A stretch of 33,237 nucleotides of DNA, from the NCBI GenBank assembly GCA_008369845.1, contig MRSU01010675.1:1-33237 (forward strand), read 5' to 3'. The DNA is from Trichomonas gallinae. Its lineage: Eukaryota. The notes beneath the pieces were generated by a model. That model did not search any database. It worked only from the letters and a program-made list of their open reading frames with translations, and was not told where the DNA came from. Numbering within the stretch: the first letter of the stretch is position 1; each line of letters starts with the position of its first letter. Both the position numbers and the translations under genes were made by a program. Positions 1 through 9,882 of this stretch are shown piece after piece.

Positions 1-30
<30 letters not shown>
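1..30. repeat. Poly(A) homopolymer at window edge
   Basis: 30 consecutive A at positions 1-30; probably a contig end or assembly break. Confidence 0.9.
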
Positions 31-33
<3 letters not shown>

Positions 34-749
34 GGAAAATGAGGATAAAGTCCATTTTTCTATTGGATATGATTCATTTTATCTCGAATATCACTACAGT
101 AAAGTGAAACGGCATCAGTTTCTGCTTGAATCTTCTCACAAAATAACGACTTTTTAAGCTTTCATATATCAAGGAATTATGCTTGTTGGTAAGAATCTGG
201 CATTTTGAAACTTGATTTTGTCGAAAAGTGACAACTTGACATAATTTCATGTTTGAAACAAGGACAATTTCCTAATCTTTATTTACTTAATGTATTCAAA
301 AATTCATTCAAAAAATTTTCTGAAAGGAAAATAAATGATGAGATATGAATATATAATAATTATATATGGAAAAATAAGCATGGTGGCAATTTATAATATT
401 TACAAAATTGAATGAAATAATCGTTTTTCCTTGAATACTTTTATTTAAAAAATCACGGCATATTCAATATTTGAGTATTTACGTAAATTATAAAGGACTT
501 TAATATTATTAGTTGAATATAATAGATTTAAATGTCAATTTTAAGAAAATACAAATATTTACTTACATTATTCAATAATTGATAAAGTTGTCAAATATTG
601 AAATGTTTACAATAAAAATCAAATATTTCAATTATTTACACTGTTGATTTTCATTTTATTGCCAAAATATTGCAAATAAGTAGTAATATGCATCGTTTCA
701 AATTCAAAATCAATTCAAAAACACAAAAATAATTTAACAATAAATAACA

Positions 750-1733
750 ATGACTTCGATAATGGGAGAAAACACTTATGAACTTAAAGGAATCATAAAG
801 AGCTATCAAGGAATAGTCGTTTATAACGCACTGTGCAAAGATAGAAACATATTCTACAATATTGCGAAAGCTGTGAAAGATCCGTTAAATATACCCTACA
901 TAAATCCATTTACGAATCTACTCACATTTAAATGCGAATTTCTCCATAAATGTGTGGATGTATTCGAGGATTTAAGTGGATATTACGCAGTTTTCGAAAT
1001 CCCGAATGGCAAATCATTAGCAGAAACAATACAGCGAGAAGGCCCATTAAAAGATGATAAAGCATCTTCTATCCTCACACAAGTACTGTGCGCTATCAAG
1101 TGTGTCCATACTAATGGGTTTGCAAATATCAAAATCAATCCAACAACCATTTATATAAATCCAACAGGCATGATAACAATCGCAGATTTCCAATTTACGG
1201 GCGCTGTTCAAACAAATGATCGATTAAAAGCAATACCTGACTCATTAGAAAATTCACCACCTGAATTAATTATGCATGGATGCTATGTTGCATCCCATAT
1301 TGATATTTGGACTATTGGAGTATTCGCATATACGATTTCAACAGGAAAGCATCCATTTGTTAGTAATATGCCTACATATTATCAGAGTGAAAATGCAGTT
1401 AGAGCAGCAATTTTAACTCCAATATCTGTTCCTAGCTTTGTTGGTGGTCCAGCAACAAATTTCATCCAGAGAACAATGGAAATCGATCCACAAAGAAGAT
1501 TTTCTATTGAGCAATGCCTGACACATGTGTGGTTTGCAAAGAAGAACCGAGGAAGAAGAATTTCTTCATATGGTAGCTCTGGATCCATTCGTTTGGAAGA
1601 TAACGGAATTATGAGATCTAATGGATTATCAGTTTTAGGCCACAAGACATCGCCAACTAAGTTCAATAGTGTCAATTTATCTGGCATGCGCTCGTTTTCT
1701 GATTACAGCTCTTCTTTGCAAGAATATGTTTAA
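750..1733 (+). CDS. Protein kinase-fold protein (CAMK-like), probably catalytically inactive
   Basis: C-lobe motifs are present (PPE, DIWTIGV, GKHPF, DPQRRFSIEQCLTHVW). There is no Gly loop, HRDxK is replaced by NIKIN and DFG by DFQ. The stop lies within TAAA. Confidence 0.85.
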   Translation: MTSIMGENTYELKGIIKSYQGIVVYNALCKDRNIFYNIAKAVKDPLNIPYINPFTNLLTFKCEFLHKCVDVFEDLSGYYAVFEIPNGKSLAETIQREGPLKDDKASSILTQVLCAIKCVHTNGFANIKINPTTIYINPTGMITIADFQFTGAVQTNDRLKAIPDSLENSPPELIMHGCYVASHIDIWTIGVFAYTISTGKHPFVSNMPTYYQSENAVRAAILTPISVPSFVGGPATNFIQRTMEIDPQRRFSIEQCLTHVWFAKKNRGRRISSYGSSGSIRLEDNGIMRSNGLSVLGHKTSPTKFNSVNLSGMRSFSDYSSSLQEYV

Positions 1734-2438
1734 ACATTTTGTTTCTTTATTTCGGAATCAACTAGTTATTGACCTCAGGCATTCATAATTCAATCGAAAT
1801 CAAAAAAGATATAATTCAATTTTTCGATTTCTCAAAAAAGAAGATTTGTTGTATTTGAGAATCATTCAACTATTTGCATGTGTAATGTTATTATCATCTT
1901 AATGCTTGAAATCTGAGAATATTAATATGTGAAAAATATTGATTGAGTTGAAAACACATCTTTATCATATTCTTATTAGGCTTTGTGAATTTAATACGAT
2001 TTAGAGTTTGATGGCTTCATTTTTCATTAAAGAGAACGAATAAATTTTTCAATAATGAAACAAAAAAGAAGAATGAGCTTGAAACATTAGATTTATTAAA
2101 AAGTTCTTCTTGATGAAGTTACAAATCCCAATTGTATAAGGATATTGAGCAGTTATTTAAATTTGAAATTTTGTTTTTTGTGTTTAACGAACTCATGCGA
2201 TAAATGTATAAGATAACACACAAAATTAAGGTGAGAAGAATGCTATTTGAGAGTATGATTTTATTGTTTAGGGAATCAATTCATTATCATTAATGAAATT
2301 TGTTTTAAATGTGGTCATAAATAGGCTACAACAATATAAAGATATATGGCACGGAATCGTGGCGTAAATGTTCATAAAATAAAAACAGTTTATCAAAATC
2401 CTATATTTACCGCAAAACAATCTATATACAATACAAAT

Positions 2439-3791
2439 TTAAGCCTTTGTAGCATTTAATATTGTGACAGCGATTGTTGAGACTGCAAGGAAGATTCCAA
2501 GGACGAATAAAAATAAACATCCCCAGAATTGGAATGATTTAACGCTTGGCTTATAATAGAAGTACCAGAGTAGACCTGGTGTCGAAAGATCGATCAAACA
2601 TGCAGAAGCTCCAGTGTAATCAAGCAATGGCATAACATTTGGATAAAACGCAGCGATTAGGACTGGAATTGTGTGTGAAATAACATGGATAAGGCCTCTC
2701 TTCTTCCATGGAAGCAGTGTTGAATCGTTTTCTTTGAAGATGAATTGAGACCATGAATTCAAAACAGGGCGAACGAAAATTGGATATGAACATGATACAG
2801 CAACGAAACAGCCAGCCTTAATGATGTTGAAAAGAACGTCTTTTTGGAATTTCTCGTAAGAAAATATTAATTGTGCTGAATCACTATCGAAAACCATCAA
2901 ATAGCCAAGAATTGCTGGAATAACAAGAATAAAATAGCAAATAACGCTAGTGAACATTAAAGCGTAGTTTCTTTTCTTCAAATCTTTGTTATAATTTTCA
3001 ATAATTGGTAATGTTGTCATTGGCAATGTGAAGTTCAAGAACAAGATAGATATAGCAGAGAAAATACCAATGCTAGCCTTTCCAAGTGTGAATCTTGGGT
3101 CTTTGAAGTTCATTGTTGGAATAATCTTTGGAGCACGAATAATAACAACAATCACATAGAATACCATGATGATAATGGTGAGTGATGAAATATAAGACAA
3201 GAATTTAAGAGATTTTGGAATTGAACATGCAACTGGGAAAATACTGTAAACAATTGTTAGCAATACACGTCTCCAGTATGTGATAGCGATATCTTTGATT
3301 GTAAACCATTGCGCGATTGCATCACAAGCAATAACAACATAAGCAAGGACACCAGCAATACAGAAAATCAGAGTAAGAATAGATACGATGATTTGACCTG
3401 GTTTTCCAATGACTTTCAGTGCAATATCATCTAAACTTTTTCCATTAACTTCATTTTGAAGTTTAACAAGCATAACAGTACACATATATGAAATATAACA
3501 AGCAATAGCTAAGAGAATTACTGAAGGAATCAAGCCAATCTCTCCAAATTTGCCTGGTAATGAAAATATTGTAGCTCCGAGCAATGAGTTCAATAGATTG
3601 ATAATTGTTGCCATTCTTCCTACTCTTTCTCTACCTTCTTCCTCTGTTTTTCCAATATCATCTGGATTTTCAATGTCTAATTTGGTATCAGAGTCTGTTT
3701 TGGTGTCAGTGTTTGTGGATGATGTCGAAGAGTCTTGTTTTACTTCCTCTTCAACCTGTGCAATAGTATTATCAAGCTCGTCTTCACCCAT
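2439..3791 (-). CDS. Amino acid transporter (AAAP/Aa_trans family)
   Basis: About 11 hydrophobic segments, INLLNSLLGATIFSLP TM1 signature and an acidic N-tail. Start moved from TTG 3830 to ATG 3791 (MGEDE), which follows an Inr TCATT at 3818-3814. Confidence 0.9.
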   Translation of the reverse strand: MGEDELDNTIAQVEEEVKQDSSTSSTNTDTKTDSDTKLDIENPDDIGKTEEEGRERVGRMATIINLLNSLLGATIFSLPGKFGEIGLIPSVILLAIACYISYMCTVMLVKLQNEVNGKSLDDIALKVIGKPGQIIVSILTLIFCIAGVLAYVVIACDAIAQWFTIKDIAITYWRRVLLTIVYSIFPVACSIPKSLKFLSYISSLTIIIMVFYVIVVIIRAPKIIPTMNFKDPRFTLGKASIGIFSAISILFLNFTLPMTTLPIIENYNKDLKKRNYALMFTSVICYFILVIPAILGYLMVFDSDSAQLIFSYEKFQKDVLFNIIKAGCFVAVSCSYPIFVRPVLNSWSQFIFKENDSTLLPWKKRGLIHVISHTIPVLIAAFYPNVMPLLDYTGASACLIDLSTPGLLWYFYYKPSVKSFQFWGCLFLFVLGIFLAVSTIAVTILNATKA

Positions 3792-4095
3792 TTTTTCTGG
3801 TTTGAAAAAATTAAATGAGCGATAATTCAAAAACTTTTATTAAAAAATAACACATAGAGGATAATATTATTTTTATCAGTATAAAAAATTCAAAAACCCG
3901 TAGAAAAATGATTTTAGATCAAAACTTTGTAATTGTATTGTATACACTTTGTTTGTTAGTATTTTTCTCTACGATTTTTTTCTCCTTGAATTTATGACCA
4001 AACTACTCTCAATTTATGACATTGAATTTTGAACTTTAGTTGCAATAAAAGTCTACATCTTATTTTATAAATCAAAATTATAAAATTTGATTTTA

Positions 4096-4300
4096 TGATT
4101 TTTGACATGACAATAATTTTAATTTTGATAAAAATAATATTAGCAATATGTGTATTATTTTTCCTATTATGATTTTTTTCTTTTGATTTTTGACATGATT
4201 ACAATTTTTAATTTTCGTTATTATAATATTTACTCTGTGTTTATAAAAATTTTATATTGTTATTTTTTTTTATTCGGTTTTTGACATATCAACATTTTTT
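4096..4300. repeat. Degenerate ~90-bp tandem repeat (~2.3 copies)
   Basis: TGATTTTTGACATGA followed by AATTTT(T)AATTTT and ATAATATT recurs at 4096 and 4184, with a partial third copy at ~4276. Confidence 0.55.
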
Positions 4301-5324
4301 TGATTCAAGTTTAGGTCATTATTTGTTTGCTGCATGATGAATTGCGTGAATATTTTAGTTACCGAATCTTCTGGAAGCTATTTTTTTATTGTATTTTGAA
4401 TTTGGAAAAAAGAGAACTTAAAATCATATGTTAAAATCGAGTTTTACCAAATTATAATATCTTAATATTATCATTACATTGCACTGCATGTATTGTTTTG
4501 ATTTTGAAAGATCATAATAGTTATTTTGGTGAGAAAAACTTCAAAGAAGGAAGCAGATTAATAAGGTTAGAAATTCCTTATTTGGCAAAAAAATTAAAAC
4601 GAAAATCCGGCCTTGGACTAATAGAATACTTGAGCATTGATCCACACATCCAACGCATTTAAATTTTTAGTTCCAAAAAGGTTCAACTATAACCAAACCA
4701 ATTTTCAATTCTCGTTTTCGATAAATCATCACAATTTTTACACATTAAACACATTTCTGAATCAACACGGTTACATACACTTTATACTTAATCGTTTAAC
4801 CTTTTTATCACATATGAATCTGTCACTTTTTATCATTATATTTTTTCTAGATTGGAAATTATTCTTCATATTTCCATGGCTTTATACTAGTAATTTGCTA
4901 TGGTATTGCAACATTGCATTAATTAAACACAGCACATTATATTTCCCCATTAAAACAATTAGACAACTACTGTGCATCCATATTTATATCTACTGATGCT
5001 CTCATTGTTTTACAAAGTTACATTATGATTATCTAAACAATCATCAAATCCCATATAAAGTACATTTAAATATATTGATTCTCTATTATAAGAAGGGTTT
5101 CCACAAGATTCATAAAATTTGAAAATTGAAATCATTGCTCAATCAAACAAAAAGACTATAAAATATTAATTAGAAACAGATAAATATGACAATCATCAAA
5201 ATGAAATGCAGTGCTACTGAATATAATTTTATAATAATTATTTTTAATAAGATAGTAGTGGACCTAAGCTATAATTTGTAGATGTTAGCAAGTATGTAAA
5301 TAAATACTGGCAAACAGAGTCTTT

Positions 5325-6149
5325 TTACCAACTCTCAATAGTGTCATCAAACTGAGGCTTTGTTTCAAGCTGCAGTTCAGAGACAAGGTAGATGTCGCGT
5401 GGGTTGTCTAAGCCTTCTGGAACCTCTGGTTCTGGTGCTGGCTTATAATCAAATGTTTCGACTGGTTCTGGTTCAGTCTCTGGGAATGGATTAGCTGGAG
5501 CGAGATTCATGAATTCTTGCTGTTGGGCAGGTTGAGCAAATGGATCGTATGGAACAGTAGTAACTTTATTTTGATTAGCATTGAGATCGACAGAAAGCTC
5601 TTCATCGTCTTCTTCCTTTGGTTCTTCTTTCGGAGGCTCTGGTTCCTCATCGAATTCGAAATCAACAGAGCGCTCGACAACTGCCGGCTGTGGAGCTTTT
5701 GTGATCACTGGGGCTGTTGTGCATGCCTCAACAGATGGAAGGGCAGCATTATTAACGAGGAAGTGGTAAATATGTTGGATCATGTAATGAATTTGCTCGC
5801 GATAGATATCAGCTGGGTCGTTAAAGTTTAATAACAAAATATTTCTGAATTCTTGGACGAATCGTCTGGCAACATCTACGAATCCGAAACGATTTTGATG
5901 TAATCCATTGACAAAGACGACAAGAATCTTAAATACTTGTAATGAGTATGTTGCGCGCTCATCGATCATCATGAGCATTGTGGCAATTACGCGAAAAGAA
6001 TCGTGTGGGCCAATAATTTGATCCAAAACTTTCCTGTTTTCATCTGGAGTGACAATGAAGTTCTTACCGTTGATAATTTTCTTCAACTCAGCGCGGACAG
6101 TTGGACTATAAAGGGTTTGTACGCCAAAAGGTGCTTTTTCGGCAAACAT
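5325..6149 (-). CDS. Hypothetical protein; divergent ENTH/epsin-like trafficking adaptor
   Basis: Helical N-domain (QVFKILVVF...REQIHYMIQHIYHFL) resembles ENTH helices; the acidic Pro-rich tail carries DPF and NPF motifs. Confidence 0.7.
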   Translation of the reverse strand: MFAEKAPFGVQTLYSPTVRAELKKIINGKNFIVTPDENRKVLDQIIGPHDSFRVIATMLMMIDERATYSLQVFKILVVFVNGLHQNRFGFVDVARRFVQEFRNILLLNFNDPADIYREQIHYMIQHIYHFLVNNAALPSVEACTTAPVITKAPQPAVVERSVDFEFDEEPEPPKEEPKEEDDEELSVDLNANQNKVTTVPYDPFAQPAQQQEFMNLAPANPFPETEPEPVETFDYKPAPEPEVPEGLDNPRDIYLVSELQLETKPQFDDTIESW

Positions 6150-6752
6150 GATAAAAATAAAAATCTGGCAATCATATCATTTTTTATAGTTTTGTCTTAA
6201 AACATTTGATATTTCGCTTGCTTACGGTCTATATATTGCAGTATGTGGACATGACGATATTTTATGGATAAATTATTTTTTGATGAAAAATATAGTTTTA
6301 TCTACTTCAATTCATTTACAAAAATAACATCTATAGCTCATATATATTAAGAATTTACAAAGTCAAAGATATATATCGTAAATGAAATTTGAAAAATAAT
6401 CTTGTCTCCGAAATATATCGATTTCAATTATAGTTTACACATTTTGGAGTCAAATAAATCTATTGGCGCGTTTAGAAAACCTAAATTTCAGTCAATAATT
6501 TTAAATTTTCATATATTTTTATTACAATCAAACAAACCTCACAAAATTCTCTGCAAACTCTATCTAGCCAATATTTAATTTATAATTAGCTTGATACGGA
6601 TCTAATTTTTGGTATTGGAATTTAATAAGTGAAACTGGTAGTAGTTAATATTAGGGTAGTTTTTGAATATCTATGTATAATACTACCCAACATTTATATA
6701 AATACAAAACATAAAAAAAAAAGAATTTCTAACAGAAAAGCGAGTTAAAGCA

Positions 6753-7439
6753 TTAATTTGAAGTCATTTCGAGGTAGATAGGAATATATAGTCTCCATTC
6801 GTTATACATTGAAAAGAACTTCATTGCGTAATTATCACTTGGAATTTTAGCTAAGAAGAACTTTCTAGTCATTTTTGGATCTGCATTTAACAATACTTTG
6901 AGAATTTCGTCATCATTTGCATTAGATCCTAAATCTCTAAACGTTTTATAGACCCAAACTACGAATGGTTGTGCTAATTTGTTGATATTTGGCAAAAACA
7001 TCGGTATTTGATCTTTTGGCATTGGACCATCGAGAAAATTTTCAAATTCTTGCAAAAGAACAGGCGCTGCCATCTTTTTATGTTCATTAGATCCTTGCCT
7101 AGCTATAAATGCTTTATTTACTTTGTTAATCATCGAATTAAATGGACTTTTTGAATCAGTCCATAAATACCATTCTGAGGGAGGCGACCCTTGTGGAGGT
7201 TTTTCTGCCATTATTTGTGAAATAGGCTTAGGCTGCATGGAACCAACCTCTAATGCTAAAGTGTTTCCATCGACCAAACCTGATTCGAGCCAAACAAGAA
7301 GCGTTGCAGTATCCATTGGACCTACATTGCCGATTTTCTCGTCCTGGATGTTATATTGTTCCTTTCTGCCGTATCCAGACTGGTTCTGGCTATAATTGTC
7401 CATAATCTTATTAATATCTCCTACAGCTAAAAGTGACAT
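6753..7439 (-). CDS. Hypothetical protein with GYF-like (GYF_2) domain
   Basis: YNIQDEKIGNVGPMDTATLLVWLESGLVDGNTL matches the GP-x-helix-W-xxx-G pattern of GYF domains. The start may alternatively be ATG 7403. Confidence 0.7.
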   Translation of the reverse strand: MSLLAVGDINKIMDNYSQNQSGYGRKEQYNIQDEKIGNVGPMDTATLLVWLESGLVDGNTLALEVGSMQPKPISQIMAEKPPQGSPPSEWYLWTDSKSPFNSMINKVNKAFIARQGSNEHKKMAAPVLLQEFENFLDGPMPKDQIPMFLPNINKLAQPFVVWVYKTFRDLGSNANDDEILKVLLNADPKMTRKFFLAKIPSDNYAMKFFSMYNEWRLYIPIYLEMTSN

Positions 7440-7602
7440 GTCATATTTTTAAAAGACAAATGTCACTTTTGTTAAAAACTTTATCGTTTTGTCAAATATT
7501 TACTTTACACGTCAAATTATTTAAAGTGATAAACACTTTCTGAAGAAAACGATTATTTTGTTCTATCGTCTCGCCACAAAATATTTTTGTGAAAAATGAC
7601 AA

Positions 7603-7950
7603 ATGAAGTACACGTTTGGAGAATTGTATGGTGTTCCTCTTGAAAACACTGAGATCACCATATACAATCTTAATACTGACACATAAGTAATGTTTTCAGA
7701 CTGTCACATACAAAAAAAAGATAGATTTATATATAAAGAATTTAATAATCTAGTTGAGAAAGAAAAACCAACACAGATATTTGTATTATGTGATTTAGTG
7801 AATGGATTTTTGCCAGATGGACCAGCAATCCTTGAAAATTTGATAAAAGAATTTCAAAAGTGTCCTATCCCTGTTCATATCATTGGTGGTAACCATGATG
7901 GAGTAATAAAAATGGAATTGCAGAATGATTTCTTAGTGAAATGTAGCTAA
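7603..7950 (+). pseudogene. Truncated calcineurin-like metallophosphoesterase relic
   Basis: ATG 7603 is in frame with ORF 7690 across a TAA at 7684-7686. Motifs are SDCH (DxH), CDLV (in place of GD) and GNHD; the C-terminal half is missing. Confidence 0.75.
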
Positions 7951-8289
7951 CTAAAATGTATTATATGCAGCAACAAATAATGGATTATTACCATATATCC
8001 GTTTTTTCTCCAAATAATGCTAAAATTAGGTTTAATAGTTACTTATTGTCAACCAAAATTTAATGATAAGATTTGGAATATAATTTATATAAGGTTAAAG
8101 TTAGTTAGGATAAAAAATAAAAATGAAAATGAAATCAGAATAAATAGAATGCAAAGATGATAATTATCGAGTTTTCGATATTTGAGATTTGAAATTTTCC
8201 AAAAATAGCCATAAACGATGAAAATTCTCGTTGGAAAAAATATTCAGCATTTGTTATACATATCATTTTTGCTTGTTTTAGTCTTCCGA

Positions 8290-8297
8290 AAAGTGAC
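8290..8297 (+). promoter_or_regulatory. AAAGTGAC (trichomonad M2-type) motif
   Basis: Exact AAAGTGAC ending 9 nt before ATG 8307. Confidence 0.65.
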
Positions 8298-8306
8298 ATT
8301 TTTCGA

Positions 8307-8561
8307 ATGTTTTTCTTCTTTTTCGCTCTTTTCGGTTCGTGTTATTTTCTGTTCGATGAGAATCCAAACACGACGGTTATATCGCGCACACCATTCAGAA
8401 CGTCAATCAGTGGTGTTCCGAGTACAATTGCTGTCGCATGTGCAACAGCAGGCGCAATTTTAACAATATTAACAGTGGTATCAATACTTTGCATTGTCAG
8501 TAGGAAACTTAAAGACACACCACAATATCAACAGCCGTTATTGGAGAAATCTCTAATTTAA
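8307..8561 (+). CDS. Small (84 aa) single-pass membrane protein
   Basis: Hydrophobic N-terminus, TM segment IAVACATAGAILTILTVVSILCIV followed by RKLK, tail YQQPLL; M2 motif upstream. Confidence 0.7.
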   Translation: MFFFFFALFGSCYFLFDENPNTTVISRTPFRTSISGVPSTIAVACATAGAILTILTVVSILCIVSRKLKDTPQYQQPLLEKSLI

Positions 8562-8824
8562 CGAAAAAAATCTTTCAGCTGTAATCGTTTTGGTTATAGT
8601 ATTATTATATACATTCGTTAGTTTCTAAAGTTACTGTTTTATAATTTTGATAAATATTTTTCCCCAAATACTCAAAAATGGTTAATATATTAACTATTTA
8701 ACCGTTTTCCTTTCATTTATATCATTCCGAATTTATATTTTATGCGAAAATCGTTTTATAATTTAAATATCAAGCATAACATAATATTTATACAAAACAA
8801 CTTATACAAACAAACATTTTGGTA

Positions 8825-9694
8825 TTAAACCTGATAACTATGTGATTTTGGCGCAACATAATTCAAAAATTTCTTATAATATCTTCGAATTAATAATTTG
8901 ATGCGTCTAGGATTCTTTATTAAGTAATATATAGCAAAACAGACTATCATTACAACAATCCAAAACCAATAAAGGTTTTCTAATTGAATTTCATTTTCAT
9001 TTTCTTTAAATTCATCTTGCGCTGATGCATTTAATTCTTCTTCGGAAGATAAAGCGGATTCATTAATTGTACTCGAATAATGTTTAATAAAATTTCGAAT
9101 TGCATCATCAGTGACAATATCAATATAAGGAATGACAGAATCTTCAGCTGTCGCCCAATTGATACTGTTATGTCCTTTAACTTGTTTCACGTAGAATAAT
9201 TTTTTTGAATATTTATCTGGATATAAGTATTTCCGTATATTATTGATAAACGAGTAGTTACTTGTCGAATACTCTATGTAAAATGATGGATAAGTTCGAT
9301 TTTTCTTTTCAATTGAAATAAATGGACTAGAAACGTATTCTTCGAAAATGCTAAAACCGAAATCATAAACATGATCTATGTAGTTTCTTGATGCGCCAAG
9401 TTTTGATGTCTTGTTATAAAAAATTAGAAATCTTGGAAATACTTTTATGTCTAAAGAGTTGCATGTTCTTTCGTATTCTCTGCAATTTACCTTAGAGAAT
9501 ATAATTCTATCGTCATTTTCGAAATAATCTGAAAGTTCGCCAAATTTTGGAATCATTGGGGCACAAAATCGACATTCTGACATGTAAAACAAGAATACTA
9601 TGGGTTTATTTGGTATACTTTCTGCGAATTTTATGAGAACAGAAGCATTTTTCGGAAATATTTCTGCTTTCATAAAAAGCAAATTCAACAGCAT
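8825..9694 (-). CDS. Thioredoxin-domain (PDI/TMX-like) membrane protein
   Basis: FLFYMSECRFC active-site region, SKVNC and FPRF, then a C-terminal TM (LYWFWIVVMIVCFAIYYLI) and basic tail. Start probably ATG 9694 (MLLNLLF), just after Inr TCATT at 9703-9699. Confidence 0.8.
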   Translation of the reverse strand: MLLNLLFMKAEIFPKNASVLIKFAESIPNKPIVFLFYMSECRFCAPMIPKFGELSDYFENDDRIIFSKVNCREYERTCNSLDIKVFPRFLIFYNKTSKLGASRNYIDHVYDFGFSIFEEYVSSPFISIEKKNRTYPSFYIEYSTSNYSFINNIRKYLYPDKYSKKLFYVKQVKGHNSINWATAEDSVIPYIDIVTDDAIRNFIKHYSSTINESALSSEEELNASAQDEFKENENEIQLENLYWFWIVVMIVCFAIYYLIKNPRRIKLLIRRYYKKFLNYVAPKSHSYQV

Positions 9695-9882
9695 AAATAA
9701 TGAAAAATTGCCACATAAATATATCATAATAACTCAATGCTCGCTGATTTTTGAAATTAACTTTAATAATAAAAAATTTTGAGATTTTGTTTATTCATAT
9801 GAATACCATTAAGTTTTCATTTAAATTTAATAAAATGCAAAGATTTCTGAAGTCATACTAAGTCAACTATTCATATTTGGAA

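Noticed and set aside
1..240. Similarity between the poly(A)-adjacent start and the 19400-19880 poly(T) region (shared 10-14-mers) as a common element
   Set aside because: The matches are short, AT-rich, non-collinear and in mixed orientation, so they are expected by chance.
4637..4996. 119-aa ORF and similar AT-rich intergenic ORFs (8218, 16095, 18030, 18688, 19200, 19572, 21523, 28612, 30623)
   Set aside because: Composition is rich in F/I/N/K/L, starts are often non-ATG and there are no motifs; these are spurious.
7684..7686. TAA/TAG reassignment to Gln as an explanation for in-frame stops
   Set aside because: Most intact genes here terminate at TAA, and the interrupted frames also carry frameshifts or motif damage.
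7608..7687. Possible intron removing the in-frame TAA (ACTGACACATAAG resembles the trichomonad ACTAACACACAG 3' motif)
   Set aside because: Branch-to-AG spacing is off by one, and the candidate GT donors at 7608 and 7626 give out-of-frame or stop products.
8677..8698. Near-palindrome AATGGTTAATATATTAACTATT between convergent genes
   Set aside because: Almost all A/T, so likely chance.
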